Positions 27,833 to 38,200 of a stretch of 64,000 nt of DNA are shown in pieces. Each line of letters opens with the position of its first letter. Position 1 is the stretch's first letter. A program made the translations under genes and the position numbers. The notes under the pieces were generated by a model. The model did not search any database and had not been told where the DNA came from. It was given only the letters and a program-made list of their open reading frames with translations. Source of the DNA: an uncultured Acidobacteriota bacterium (GTDB lineage: Bacteria > Acidobacteriota > Thermoanaerobaculia > UBA5066 > Gp7-AA6); assembly GCA_963815865.1 (NCBI GenBank), contig CAWFIK010000002.1:281628-345627 (forward strand), given 5' to 3'.

Positions 27833-27909
27833 GGGGCTGTAGCTCAGTTTGGGAGAGCGCCTGAATCGCACTCAGGAGGTCGCCGGTTCGATCCCGGTCA
27901 GCTCCACCA
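27833..27909 (+). tRNA. tRNA-Ala (anticodon CGC), CCA encoded
   Basis: Manual cloverleaf: acceptor GGGGCUG/CAGCUCC with G3:U70. D arm GCUC-AGUUUGGGA-GAGC. Anticodon arm CCUGA-AUCGCAC-UCAGG. T arm GCCGG-UUCGAUC-CCGGU. Discriminator A plus CCA. 77 nt. Confidence 0.92.
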
Positions 27910-27983
27910 AGTTAGCTCGATAGCCCGAACCCCGTACAGCGAACGGTCATGCAGCGATGGCCTTGGGCCCAGTAGGATAGCTG

Positions 27984-28822
27984 GTGATGTGCAACGCGCG
28001 GAATCACTCGCCAGATTGCGACTGCGGCTTCGGGGGCGACACTGGAGGAGGCGGTTGGAGTTACGTCCGCGAGTCCTGGCAGTATCGAGACGACGACTTT
28101 ACGCGGCAGACCAAGTGCCCCGTGTGCGGCGCGGCCGTCTTTTTCGTCAGGCACAACGGTGGGAGCGTGTGGTTCGACGAGCTTGGTCCACCCTGGGATA
28201 AGCACGGCTGCTTCGATGACGAACCGAGCGGTAGAACGCTTCGGACGCGTCTTCGTACGTCAGGGACCGCAGCCCCAATATTTGGAGTAGTTCTTGAGAC
28301 CAGCAGCCTCTCGGAAGCGACTCGGGGCGCGTGGTGGTCAGATGCTCGGACGGCGTTATTCTGGACCGGTGGTTGCCGAGCGCAAATCTCCCCGTCGGGC
28401 AGCTGGTGCTCGTGGACCGAGGCGATCAAACCATTCTGATTCCCGTCGGTGAACCCGCGGGGAGTGAATCGGAGTCCGAGACTCCCCGGAGCGAAAGGCC
28501 CAAAACGGTAGGACACTCGTTGTCCGTCGGGCAGGGCGATGCTGGCGACATGTTGAGGCAAGCGATCTGCCCGCTCTGCCGCGCGGCGGATGCCGAAATC
28601 GGGCCGTCGATGATTCCTGGCGGAGGGGCCCGAGCCAATCGGATGGCAGTGAGGTGCCCACAGTGCCGTGGTTTTGTGATCCAGGGCTCACTTTTGCAAG
28701 CCGACTCCATTGCCCCAGAGATTGGGAACCTCCTCTCCGAAAGGGCTCGACTCGAGTACCGCGACGACGGGTCGGCGATGCTCGAAGTGACGGAAGCACT
28801 AGTCCGTTCGTATCCGCGATGA
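27984..28822 (+). CDS. multi-zinc-ribbon hypothetical protein(s): ORFs 27984..28439 and 28331..28822 are either one gene split by an indel near 28330 or two overlapping genes
   Basis: N-terminus has CNARNHSPDCDCGFGG and CPVCGAAVFFVRHNGGSVWFDELGPPWDKHGC. The tail of the first ORF after ~28330 is W-rich and non-protein-like, while the second frame reads VVVRCSDGVILDRW.... Second ribbon is CPLC...CPQC. Confidence 0.45.
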
Positions 28823-28905
28823 GCGGCGACCCCGAGCCTTGGGCGCGCGATCGCGCGCGCCAGCGCATGACGGTCCGCGGCCTAGTGGCTTGCGCCGCGG
28901 AGTTC

Positions 28906-28929
28906 CGGCGCCGGATGACCGGCGCCGGC
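28906..28929. terminator. perfect 10-bp-stem hairpin CCGGCGCCGG-ATGA-CCGGCGCCGG between convergent genes
   Basis: Seen directly. Flanked by the palindrome GCGCGCGATCGCGCGC (28843-28858) and by ACGTAAC-ACAG-GTTACGT (about 28934-28951). No U-tract. Confidence 0.4.
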
Positions 28930-29134
28930 GAGTACGTAACACAGGTTACGTAAACCGCGCAGCGCTCTCGGCGGCCGCAAGGCAGAGGCTGTACCCGCCG
29001 AGCTGAAGCGCGGCTCGGCGCGTTCTCCTCGTTGCAGGCACCATGACGCGCGGATATCGAGTCGTCGAATTGAGCAGCAGTGTTGAGACGGCACAGGCCT
29101 TGCCCCGGCGCGCGCCGAGAGGCGTGACCTCTCG

Positions 29135-30286
29135 TTACGACTGCCAGGCCGGAGGCGGGCCGGACACGAATCTAAAGAACTGCACGTGACCGCAGTGGCC
29201 ACATAGGAACGGCTTGGTGGTCGTGTGGTTGATGAGGCCCGCCATGTCCGGGCTCACCTTAGAGTAGGTTCCGACGCGACACACGTGACAGTGTCGTGTG
29301 ACGTCATCTCTCAAGATCTGAGCCCTATCCCGCACCGCCCTAAGCTCGCCGTCGACCCGCGCCAGGAGATCTTGGGCCGTTCGAATGGTCATTTGTGCCT
29401 CCCGCTGAACAACGATGCAGTCGAGCAGTCGGTTTATATGCTGCATGCTGTCGTCACCCGGGAACAGCCCTTCGAGGTTGTACTCGTCCTCCTCGCGGTG
29501 GTACCAGAGCCGCAGCTTGGGCTGACCTGAGAGCATCCACCACAACACCTTGCCGAGAGAGAAGATGTCTGCCGTCGGCTCGATAACGCTACGCCGGCCC
29601 ATCAGCCACGCGGCCATCCAGTCTCGGCTTCCAACGTTTTCAAGCGTCTCGGTCAGGCGATCTGAGTCTTCTTCCAGATGGAATGCGAGGCCCGCGTCAC
29701 CCAGAACAAGCTGCCCTGCAGAATCCACGAAAATGTTGTCGGGCTTGATATCGCGATGCACGATACCCTTGTGGTGGAGTGCCGCCACGCCGCTCACGAG
29801 ACCGCGAAATGCCACCAGGGCGGCCTCCGCTTTGCCGACAAAAGAGCTTTGATGACACGTGAGCTCGCGAGCCGGGAAATACTTTGTAACGCACCAGTTC
29901 TCCGCGTCATTTGAGTCCAAGAGACTCAGGACATTCGGGTGGTCGACGGCGGAATACGCACGGAGCTCATTCAGGAACCGGGCGACCGCCTTCTCGAGAT
30001 TGACTCCTCCAGCAACGGGGGCAAGCACCTTCAAGGCACCCATATTGCTCGGGTCCTTGGCGGCAGCGAAAGTGTCTAAAGCTGCTCGAACCGAAGCCGA
30101 CCAACTGGAAATATCCGCGCCCGAGGTATTTCCTTGCCGGAGTTCGAAGCAGGCTCGACCGAGCTGTACCCCGGCCCTGTCGAGTGGAACCTTATTCGTG
30201 TTGAGGACTCGAAAGACCTCGCCTTGGCCGCCGGCGCCCAAACGCTCGAGGACGAGCCACGAACCGTACACCTTTCGCTCGGCCAT
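29135..30286 (-). CDS. atypical Hanks-type protein kinase with C-terminal zinc ribbon
   Basis: GAGGGG RBS then ATG 30286. Motifs GAGGQGEVFRV, ALKVL, HRDIKPDNIFV, and GDAGLA in place of DFG. C-terminus has CHVCRVGTY...CGHCGHVQFF. Intact. Confidence 0.75.
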   Translation of the reverse strand: MAERKVYGSWLVLERLGAGGQGEVFRVLNTNKVPLDRAGVQLGRACFELRQGNTSGADISSWSASVRAALDTFAAAKDPSNMGALKVLAPVAGGVNLEKAVARFLNELRAYSAVDHPNVLSLLDSNDAENWCVTKYFPARELTCHQSSFVGKAEAALVAFRGLVSGVAALHHKGIVHRDIKPDNIFVDSAGQLVLGDAGLAFHLEEDSDRLTETLENVGSRDWMAAWLMGRRSVIEPTADIFSLGKVLWWMLSGQPKLRLWYHREEDEYNLEGLFPGDDSMQHINRLLDCIVVQREAQMTIRTAQDLLARVDGELRAVRDRAQILRDDVTRHCHVCRVGTYSKVSPDMAGLINHTTTKPFLCGHCGHVQFFRFVSGPPPAWQS

Positions 30287-30516
30287 ACCTACCCCTCGCG
30301 ATCGTGGCGCATCATCGGCTTGCGCTTCGCCCGAGTCTTGGCGCCTTCTCGGTGGTGCCACATGCTCGGCCTCCTCTTGGGCTTGGACTTCCCCTTCTTG
30401 GACGAGGTCGGCTTCTTCACGAACAACCCTCCACGAGGGTCAGGGTCGCCGTCCGCGTCCCGCGCGCCCGGCGGTCACAGCTAGGGAGGAACCCTGGTCT
30501 GTTACCCTGATCGGAC

Positions 30517-31149
30517 TTGAAGCTTGTAACGATCACTCCGCTCATCGACACCGGGCAGTTTACTCGCAAGGGCGCTGGGCAGCGGGTTTTAGCTGACGTG
30601 CGCGCGGCGATCGACGCGGTTCGGTGGCCGCCCGGGTCCTCGAACTTCACGATCCATCCGCAATCCGGGAAAAAACGTGGCGAGGGCAACGGCGTCAAGC
30701 CGATCAAGACGGGGTTCGTGTTGAAGTTGCTCGAGCTCGGCTGGAAGCCGGAACAGCGATACCCGAGAAAAGAAAAGGACAAGGCGATCCTTCTTGCCCG
30801 GAGCGTTCGACGCCTGCCTGGATCTGACACAGCAAGGCCTTGCCCCCTTTGTAGTCGAATGGGAGACAGGCAACGTCTCGTCGAGCCACCGAGCACTCAA
30901 CAAGATGGCGATGGCTCTGCATAGCAGGTCACATCTCCGGTGGGATCTTGGTGCTTCCCACTCGGCCACTGGCCAAGTTCCTAACTGACCGGATCGGCAA
31001 CTACGAGGAGTTGGTGGCCTACTTCCCATACTGGTCTGCTCAGCGTGTGCCTTCCGGGTATCTCGGTGTTCTCGCCGTCCAGCACGACGCTACGAGCACG
31101 AGAGGTCCCCCGAATCAAGAAGGGAACGGACGGCCGGGCATTGATCTAA
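30517..31149 (+). pseudogene. BamHI-family type II restriction endonuclease, 3 frame changes
   Basis: Matches to BamHI as I remember it: GNGVKPIK; VVEWETGNVSSSHRALNKM (BamHI has MEFETGNISSAHRSMNK with E111/E113); AKFLTDRIGNYEELVAYF; VPRIKKGTDGRA. These pieces lie in frames starting at 30517, 30794, 30948 and, after about 31100, a further frame. Confidence 0.65.
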
Positions 31150-32009
31150 CCGAAGAGAGAGAGGTCGCGCCGGGTCACCCGCGCCCGTCTGCCGCGGGAC
31201 ATGCCCTTGGCGGCATCGCCGAGGTTCTTCGGTACGAGCTTGGGTCGCTCACCGTTGAGCCTACGGATGATCGGCTCGCAGTCGCCGATCTCGGTTCCGA
31301 TCCAGTGGCGGTGCATCTCCTCGGCAGCGACATATGTCGTGCCGCTCCCGCCGAAGGGATCGAAGACGAGATCGCCGGGACCACTCGAGATCGAAAGCAC
31401 ACGTTTGAGCAATTTGATCGAGAGCTCGTTGGCCGAGCGCCGCTTGGTCGAGTTGTGGCGAACCGGCGGGATATCGGTCCAGACATCGGCAACGTTCAAA
31501 CCGGCGGGGTTCAGCTTCACGCGGTGGCCGCCGTAGTCTTTGATGTCTCCGCCGCAGTGGCGGCAGACTGGAATCGGGAACCCGAGGGCGCTCGAAGAAG
31601 CGCGGCTTGCCCCTTCGTGTAGTAGAGCAAGCTGTAGTGGGAAGGGTAGAGGCGACCTGGGATTGGAAGCGAGTATTTGATATCGATCGCTATCCAGTGA
31701 CGAAAAAGCATCCTCTCCATGTTCAGGCGATGAGCCGAGCTCGACATTCCAGCGCGGCAAGTTGAAAAGATAGAACGCACCACCAGGCTTGAGGACCCGG
31801 ACGCACTCAGCGATCCAACGCCGGCACCATTCCAAGTAATGGCCATCGGCTAGGGAATCGTTGATCCCCTTGCCGTAGTCCTTGCCCAGATTGAAGGGAG
31901 GGTCGGCGAAAACAAGATCAACAGTTCCCTCGCCCATTTCCGAGAGAATCTCAAAGCAGTCTGCTTGATAGAGGTGGCCAAGGCTTGTCTCGTGTGTAGG
32001 TAATCTCAT
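31146..32009 (-). pseudogene. beta-class DNA amino-methyltransferase (N4-C or N6-A), about 3 frame changes
   Basis: Motif IV DLVFADPPFNLG is N-terminal and motif I LVFDPFGGSGTTYVAA is C-terminal. The central part RLNMERMLFRHWIAIDIKYSLPIPGRLYPSHYSLLYYTKG is readable only in ORF 31517..31846. Its 3' end overlaps the endonuclease 3' end by 4 nt. Confidence 0.7.
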
Positions 32010-32283
32010 CTTCTTCTTCTTCTTCCTAAAGCGGCGTGACACCACCTTTTCTCACGTAGCATGATAGGCGTAAGAAAGGCGCAAGTCAAGTCCTCCTGAG
32101 CCGAAAAAGAAACTGAGATGAGGTTTCGATTATCGCACCTCGGCTCGAAGGTTACATAGCTCCACGATGGTCCAAGAAAGAGCGTTTTCTGCCCTGATTC
32201 TCGTGCTCGCCTGTGGTCGGGCCGCGGGCTCCACCAGTCAATTCTCAGGCTCAACTCTCCGAATAGTCTTGAATCCTGCCTCG

Positions 32284-35200
32284 CTACGGGGGTAAGCCGA
32301 GGCGTCCGAGGAGAGCTCCAAAACTAGGGTCGTTGCGGAGCGGATCGAAGCCGGGCAATCCGGTGTAGGACACGAGGCCCTGGTACTCCTCTTCTGCCCG
32401 CGCGAGCACTTCGAAGGCGTCGTCGATCTCCCCGAGCGCGCCGAGCAGCCAGGCTTCGGAGACGGCGGTGGGCGAGTCCGCGCGGGCGCGCCCGCAGCTC
32501 CTCGAGGATCTTCCGCGCTTCGTCTTTCCGGCCCGCGGTCGCGAACGCCCACCCCAGGACGCCGAGAAAGAAGGGCGCCCGGTAGGACACCGCGACACCG
32601 TGCTCGCCTGCGGCGATGGCTTCCTCGAACCTCCCGAGGGCGGCGTTCGCCATGCATGACGCACTGATGGCCGAGGCGTCCTCTTTCTCGAAGGTGAGCG
32701 CGTCCTCGAGGTGGCGCAGGCCCTCCTCTGGCCTTCCGCTCACAAGCAGTCCCCACCCGGCGAGCGTGTACGGAAACGATGCGAGCGGATCGGCTTCCCG
32801 GGCACGCTCGAAAAGCGGCAAGGCCTCGTCGAGCTCCTGGCGCGCGCAGAGGCTGAGCGCAAACGAGCCCAGGGCAAGGACGTGATCGGGCTGGAGCTCG
32901 AGCGCCCGGCGCCACGCCGTCTCCATCGCGTCCCAGCGGCGCTCGAGGAAAGCCGCGAACGCCTCGACGTGAAGACCCTCCGCCGACTCTCCCTGCAGCT
33001 CCTCCGCGGCCGCCAGCGCCTTCCTCGCGGCCGCCAGGGCCGTGCGAGGCGGGATCATGCCCATGTGGGCCGAGAGCACGGTGATCTCCGCGAGGCCGGT
33101 CCACGAGGGCGCGTGAGCCGGATCGAGGCGAACGGCCTCCTCGAAGGCGGAGAGGGCCCCCCCGAAGTCCTCCTTCCCCCGAAGGTGCCGGCCCTTGAGA
33201 AAGCTGCGGTACGCCTCGAGATTGTGGACCTGCGGACGGGATGGAACGGTTCGCGATCCCGGAGTCAGCCGCGCCTTCACCGCGTCGACGACACCCGCCG
33301 CGATCTCGTCCTGGACGGCGAAGACGTTCGCGGCGTCGCGATCGAATCGCTCCGACCAGATCTGGTAGCCGCTCCCGATGTCGGTCAACTGCGCCGTGAC
33401 GCGAAGCCGGCCCCCCGACGTCCGCACGCTTCCCTCGAGGACGTGGCCCACCGAGAGCGCGCGGGCGATCGTCACCAGGTCGCCGCCGCCCTCCCGAGCC
33501 CGGAAGGCCGAAGTCCGGGATGCCACGCGGATCCCGTCGATCCGCACGAGCGCGTTCATGATCTCCTCGGCCATCCCCTCGCACAGGTACTGCTGGTCCT
33601 TCGCGGGGCTCATGTCCGAGAACGGCAGTACCGCGATCGAGACCGCCGTATCGAGCTTCGGGGCGGAATCGGCTCGCGCCAGCGGGGGCACATCCAGCCC
33701 CGCCTTGCGCAAACCGTCGAGGAACGCCTCCACGTACGCTGGCTCCCACCACCTCTCAGATTCCGTCCGGACTTTGGCGGCCAGGTCCGGCCGCAGTGCG
33801 AGCAGATTCCGCAGGGCTTTCGCGGCGGCATCGCGTTCTCCGAGCTGGCCGTAAGCAGCGGCCATCGCCGCGTGCATACCCCAGTGCCCCGGCAGATTGC
33901 TCTTGAGCGCGAAACTCAATGCGGCGCGGTAGTCGCCCTGACTGTAAGAGTTGTAGAAGTCGGCGTACCAGTACCATCCGGGATGGTGAGGATTGAGCTG
34001 CTTGGCGCGTCCCGCGAGCGCGAGGCCGCGCTCCGAGTCGCCAGCATAGGTCAGCAGCTCACCGAGAAAAGCGATGGAGTTGCCGTCCATGGGGTTCAAG
34101 GCGACGGCCCGCTCTGCCGCATTCCGGAAGCTCTGGAATTCCTTCTGGAAAAAGAGCGCCTGGGCGAAGCTGAAATGGGCCAGAGGATTGGACGGCGCCG
34201 CCTCGACGGCACGCCGCGCGGCGATTAACCCGCTCGTCAGGGGATCTGCCTGAAGTTTGAATCCTTGCCCGTACTCCTGGACGCTCAGGAACGCCAGCAT
34301 CGCCCACGCATCGGCAGAGTCCGGCGCCTTCCGCACCGCCGATTCCAGGCCGGACCGCGCGGCGGCCAGATCTTCGGGGGTGACCCTCTGCAAGTAGCCG
34401 AAGCTGCGCAGGACGGCCTCGTACGGGCTCAATTGCTCGGGATCGCGGCTGCGCACAGCCTCGGTCATGCTCCGGGGCAAAACCCCGTTCATATCGGCAA
34501 CCGTGGAGACGATCCGGGGAACGATCTCGTCCTGCAGCTCGAACAACGCCTCCGGTTGGAAGGGGCGATCGAAGGTCTCGGCCCAAAGGTGGGCGCCGGA
34601 GCTCCCATCGACCAGCTGCACGGCAATGCGGAGCCTCGACCCGGACTGGCGAAGGCTCCCCTCCATCACATACCGCGCGCCGAGTTCCTTGCCGATCGCC
34701 CGCACGTCCCCCGACTCGCTGGAATACTTCGCAGTCGAACCCCGGGCAATCACCCGGAGGTACGAGAAGCGCGAGAGGCCAGTGACGATTTCTTCGGATA
34801 GGCCATCGGCCAGTCCTTTCAGGTCTTCGTTTGCGCCCGCGAACTTGAATGGCAGCACCGCGACCCAGAATCCCTCCTCGGCGCGGGCGGCGCCGGATTC
34901 GGTCTTTGTCTCAGAGCGGGGGATGTTGCCGGGTGCCGGGAATGCCGCGGATTCCTCTTCCGGAGCGATCTCCAGCCCCGCCTTGCGGAGGCCGTCGAGC
35001 TGGTGTTCGACGAATGCCAGGTCGTGAAACCATCTCCCGTATTCTTCGCGCGCCGTTTTGGCAAAGTCGGGCCGGAGCGCAAGCAGTTCCTCCAGCGCCT
35101 TCCGAGCCTTCTCGCGCATGCCAAGCTGCCCGTAAGTCTGCGCGATCACGGCGTGGGTGTAGAAGTTTCCCGGCAGGTTGATCTTGAGGGCGAAGCCCAG

Positions 35201-38200
35201 GGCGCCGCGGTAATCGCGCCGGCGATACGCGTCGTTGAACTTGACGAACCAGTACCAGCCCGGATGATGAGGATTGAGCTGCATGGCGGAGTCCACCACC
35301 GCGCAGCCGTGTTCCCAGTCGCCGGAATAGGCGATGAGGTTTCCGATGTACGCCGCCACGGAAGCGTCCATGCGATTCAACTCGATCGCCCGCTCGGCCG
35401 CTGGACGAAAAGCCAGGTAGTCCCCCTGGAAAAAGAGCGTCGAAGCGAGGGCGTAGTGGGCAAGGCTGTTGGAGGGCGCCGCCTCGACGGCACGCCGCGC
35501 GGCCGCAAGCGCGCGCCCGAGCGGGTCGGGCTGGGGGTTCAATCCGTGCGCATGCTCTTCCCAGTACAGGTTCGCCAGCATGGCCCAGGCATCGCTCTGA
35601 TTGGGCGCAATGCGGACGGCCCGTTCCAGAATCCGTCTCACGCGCGCATGTTCTTCCGGCGTGACACGTTCCATGTAGCCAAAGGCGCGCAGCACGGCTT
35701 CTTGAGGACTCAGCTCTTCATCGGCCTTGCCTCGGAGCGCCTCGCTCATGCTGCGGACCAGGACGCCGTACATGTCGGCAACCGTCGAGACGATCCGAGG
35801 AACCAGATCGTCCTGCAGCTCGAAGACCGTCTCGGGACTGAACCCGCGTTCGAAGTTCTCAGCCCAGAGATGAGCGCCGCTCTCCGCATCGACGAGTTGA
35901 ACCGCGAGCCGCAGCCTGGTCCCGGCCTGGCGCAGGCTGCCTTCCATCACGTAGCGCGCGCCGAGTTCCTTGCCGGCGGCGCGCACGTCAACCGAGTCGT
36001 TGGCGTAGCGCGAGGTTGAGCTGCGCGCGATCACCCTGAGATAAGAGAATCGCGACAGGCCGGTCACGATCTCCTGGGTCAGCCCCTCTGCCAGGGCCGT
36101 GAGCTCGGCGCTGCCGCCGCTGTCCTTGAAGGGCAGCACCGCGACCCAGAATCCCTCGTCGGTACGAACCGCACCCGAGACCGATCCGGAAACGTCCGAA
36201 GACTCGCTCGCCGGGGTCCCCGCGCTCTTCTCGAGAGGAGCGTCCAGCCCCGCCTTGCGCAGCCCCTCGATCAGATGCCCGACGAGCCGCGCGTCGAACC
36301 ATTTGCCGAGCAGTTCATCGGCCGATCGGGCGAAGTCCTCCTTCTGGGCGAGCAGGTCTCGGAGGGCATTGCGTGCCGCCGTGAGCTGGCCAAGCTGGCC
36401 GTGGGCGGCGGCAAGCAACATGTTGGTCCAGAAGACGTCGGGCGCATTCGCCTTCACGACTTCGTCCACGACCGCGCGGTAGTTGGCCAGGCGGTACTCG
36501 TTGATGCCGAGGACGATCCCGTACCAGCGTGGATGATGAGGGTTCAGCTCCATCGCTCGACGGATGAGGACGCAGCCTCGGTCCCAATCGCCGGTGAAGG
36601 TGATGAGGAACATGGCCTCGTTGCTCGTGTCGAGCGGGTTCAAAGCCATCGCGCGCTCCGCGGCGCTCAGGCAGCCAGCCGTCTCCTTGCGGAAAAACAG
36701 GGCGACCGCCAGGGCCTGTTGCGCGAGCTGACTGGACGGAGCGATGTCCACGGCGCGCCGGGCGGCCGCGAGCGCCCGATCGAGCGGGCCCGGCCGGGCG
36801 TTGAAGTCGTGGGCATGTTCGTGGGAGTAGATCCACGAAAGCATCGCCCAGCAGTCTGCGTTGGACGGCGCGCGCTCGACGGCCCGCTCCAGCGCCTCAC
36901 GCGCCTCCGCGTGCTCGCTCGGGGTCAAGCGTTGGTGATACCCGAAGCCGCGCATAAGCGCCTCATACGGGCCGAGCTGCCCGGGCTCCTGACCCCGGAC
37001 GGCTTCGCTGATGCTCCGCGCGAGCACGCCGAAGCGATCGGCGCAGGTGGAGACGATACGGGGCACCAGGTCGTCCTGCAGCTCGAAAGCGGCTTCGGGA
37101 TTGAAGGCGCGATCGTAGACCTCCGCCCAGAGATGGGAGCCGGAAGTCGTGTCTAAGAGCTGCACCGCAAGGCGCACCTTCGTCCCTGCCTGACGCAGGC
37201 TCCCCTCCATCACATAGCGGGCGCCCAATTCCTTGCCGGCGGAACGGACATCTCCGGCTTCCTGGACGAGATGCGAAGTGGAGCTCCGGGCAATGACCCG
37301 AAGGTAGGAGAAGCGCGAAAGGCCGGTCACGATGTCTTCGGTTAATCCGTCCGCCACGGCCGTGAGGCCGGCGTTGGCCCCGATGCACGTGAAGGGCAGC
37401 ACGGCGACCCAGAATCCTTCCTCGGTCCGGACCGGCCCCGAGTCCGTGCCCGGGTCCGCCCGATCTGTTTTTGCTATGACCTTCCCACTTCGCACCGCCG
37501 AGTCGGACGATCCGCCGGTCGGGGGAATCGAGAGCCCCGCCTTGCGGAGACCTTCGAGAATGGGTTCCATGAGACCGCTCGCGAAGTGCCAGGTCCCGAC
37601 GTTCGAGCGCGCGTGCGCCGCAAACTCGGGGTCGAGCGCCAGCAGGTCCCGGACCGCGGCCGCGGCTTCGGCTCGCCGGCCGAGGTGACCGCAGGCCGAG
37701 GCCATTACGAGGTAGGGCCAGAAGAGGCCGGGGACGTCCACCCGGTTCGCGCGCTCGAGGGCCTGCTCGTACTCCCTCTTGTGGAAGGCCTCCCAAAGGG
37801 GCGCGAAGTGCATCCAGCCGGCGTGGTTGGGATTGAGCTCCATGGCGCGGCGCACGATCGCGGCGCCTCGCTCGAACTCGCCGGTGTGCACGATCTGCAA
37901 TCCCAGGATCCCGACGGCGTCGGTGTTCAAGGGATTCAAGGCCATGGCGCGCTCGGCCGCGGGACCAAACGCCGCGAGGTCCCGGCGGAAGAAATGCGTC
38001 TGCGCCAGCGCGACGAGAGCAAACTGGTTCGCCCGATCCAGTTCGACCGCGCGGCGGGCCGCGGCCAGGGCGCGATCGAGAGCGGCCGGGTCGGTCCCGA
38101 AACCAAACGCGTATTCGTCGACGAAGATCTGCGCGAGGCACGCCCAGAGGTCCGACTGGCGGCCGTCCCGCTCGACCGCGCGCTCCAGCCGGCTCTTCAA

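Larger units (their letters stand above)
27396..27909 (+). repeat. 3x tandem array (period 168-171 bp): conserved hairpin + spacer + tRNA-Ala sequence
   Basis: Hairpins at 27396-27437, 27567-27606 and 27735-27774. tRNA sequence starts at 27496, 27664 and 27833. Confidence 0.85.
27910..32236. mobile_element. putative integrated-island remnant at the tRNA-Ala 3' end (no integrase found)
   Basis: Starts immediately after the tRNA CCA. GC counted by hand on three 60-nt lines: two inside the island (from 29221 and 31621) gave about 62% and 52%, one in the right-flank coding sequence (from 33001) gave about 80%. GCTCCACCA (27901-27909) recurs at 32228-32236, just before the flanking high-GC gene end at 32284. 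Confidence 0.4.

Noticed and set aside
27396-27909. CRISPR array (regular ~170-bp periodicity)
   Set aside because: The repeats are 168-171-bp whole units containing tRNA sequence, with no short repeat/unique spacer organisation. No cas genes are present in the window.
32010-32045. Poly-lysine N-terminal extension (MVSRRFRKKKKK) of the methyltransferase, encoded by a (CTT)5 run
   Set aside because: It lies upstream of the ATG (32009) that begins the conserved MTase N-terminus. It is more likely a simple-sequence tract in the 5' region than coding sequence.
27910-32283. Integrase or transposase that would make the island a classical integrative element
   Set aside because: None of the ORFs on either strand shows tyrosine/serine recombinase or DDE motifs. 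The element is therefore called only a putative remnant.
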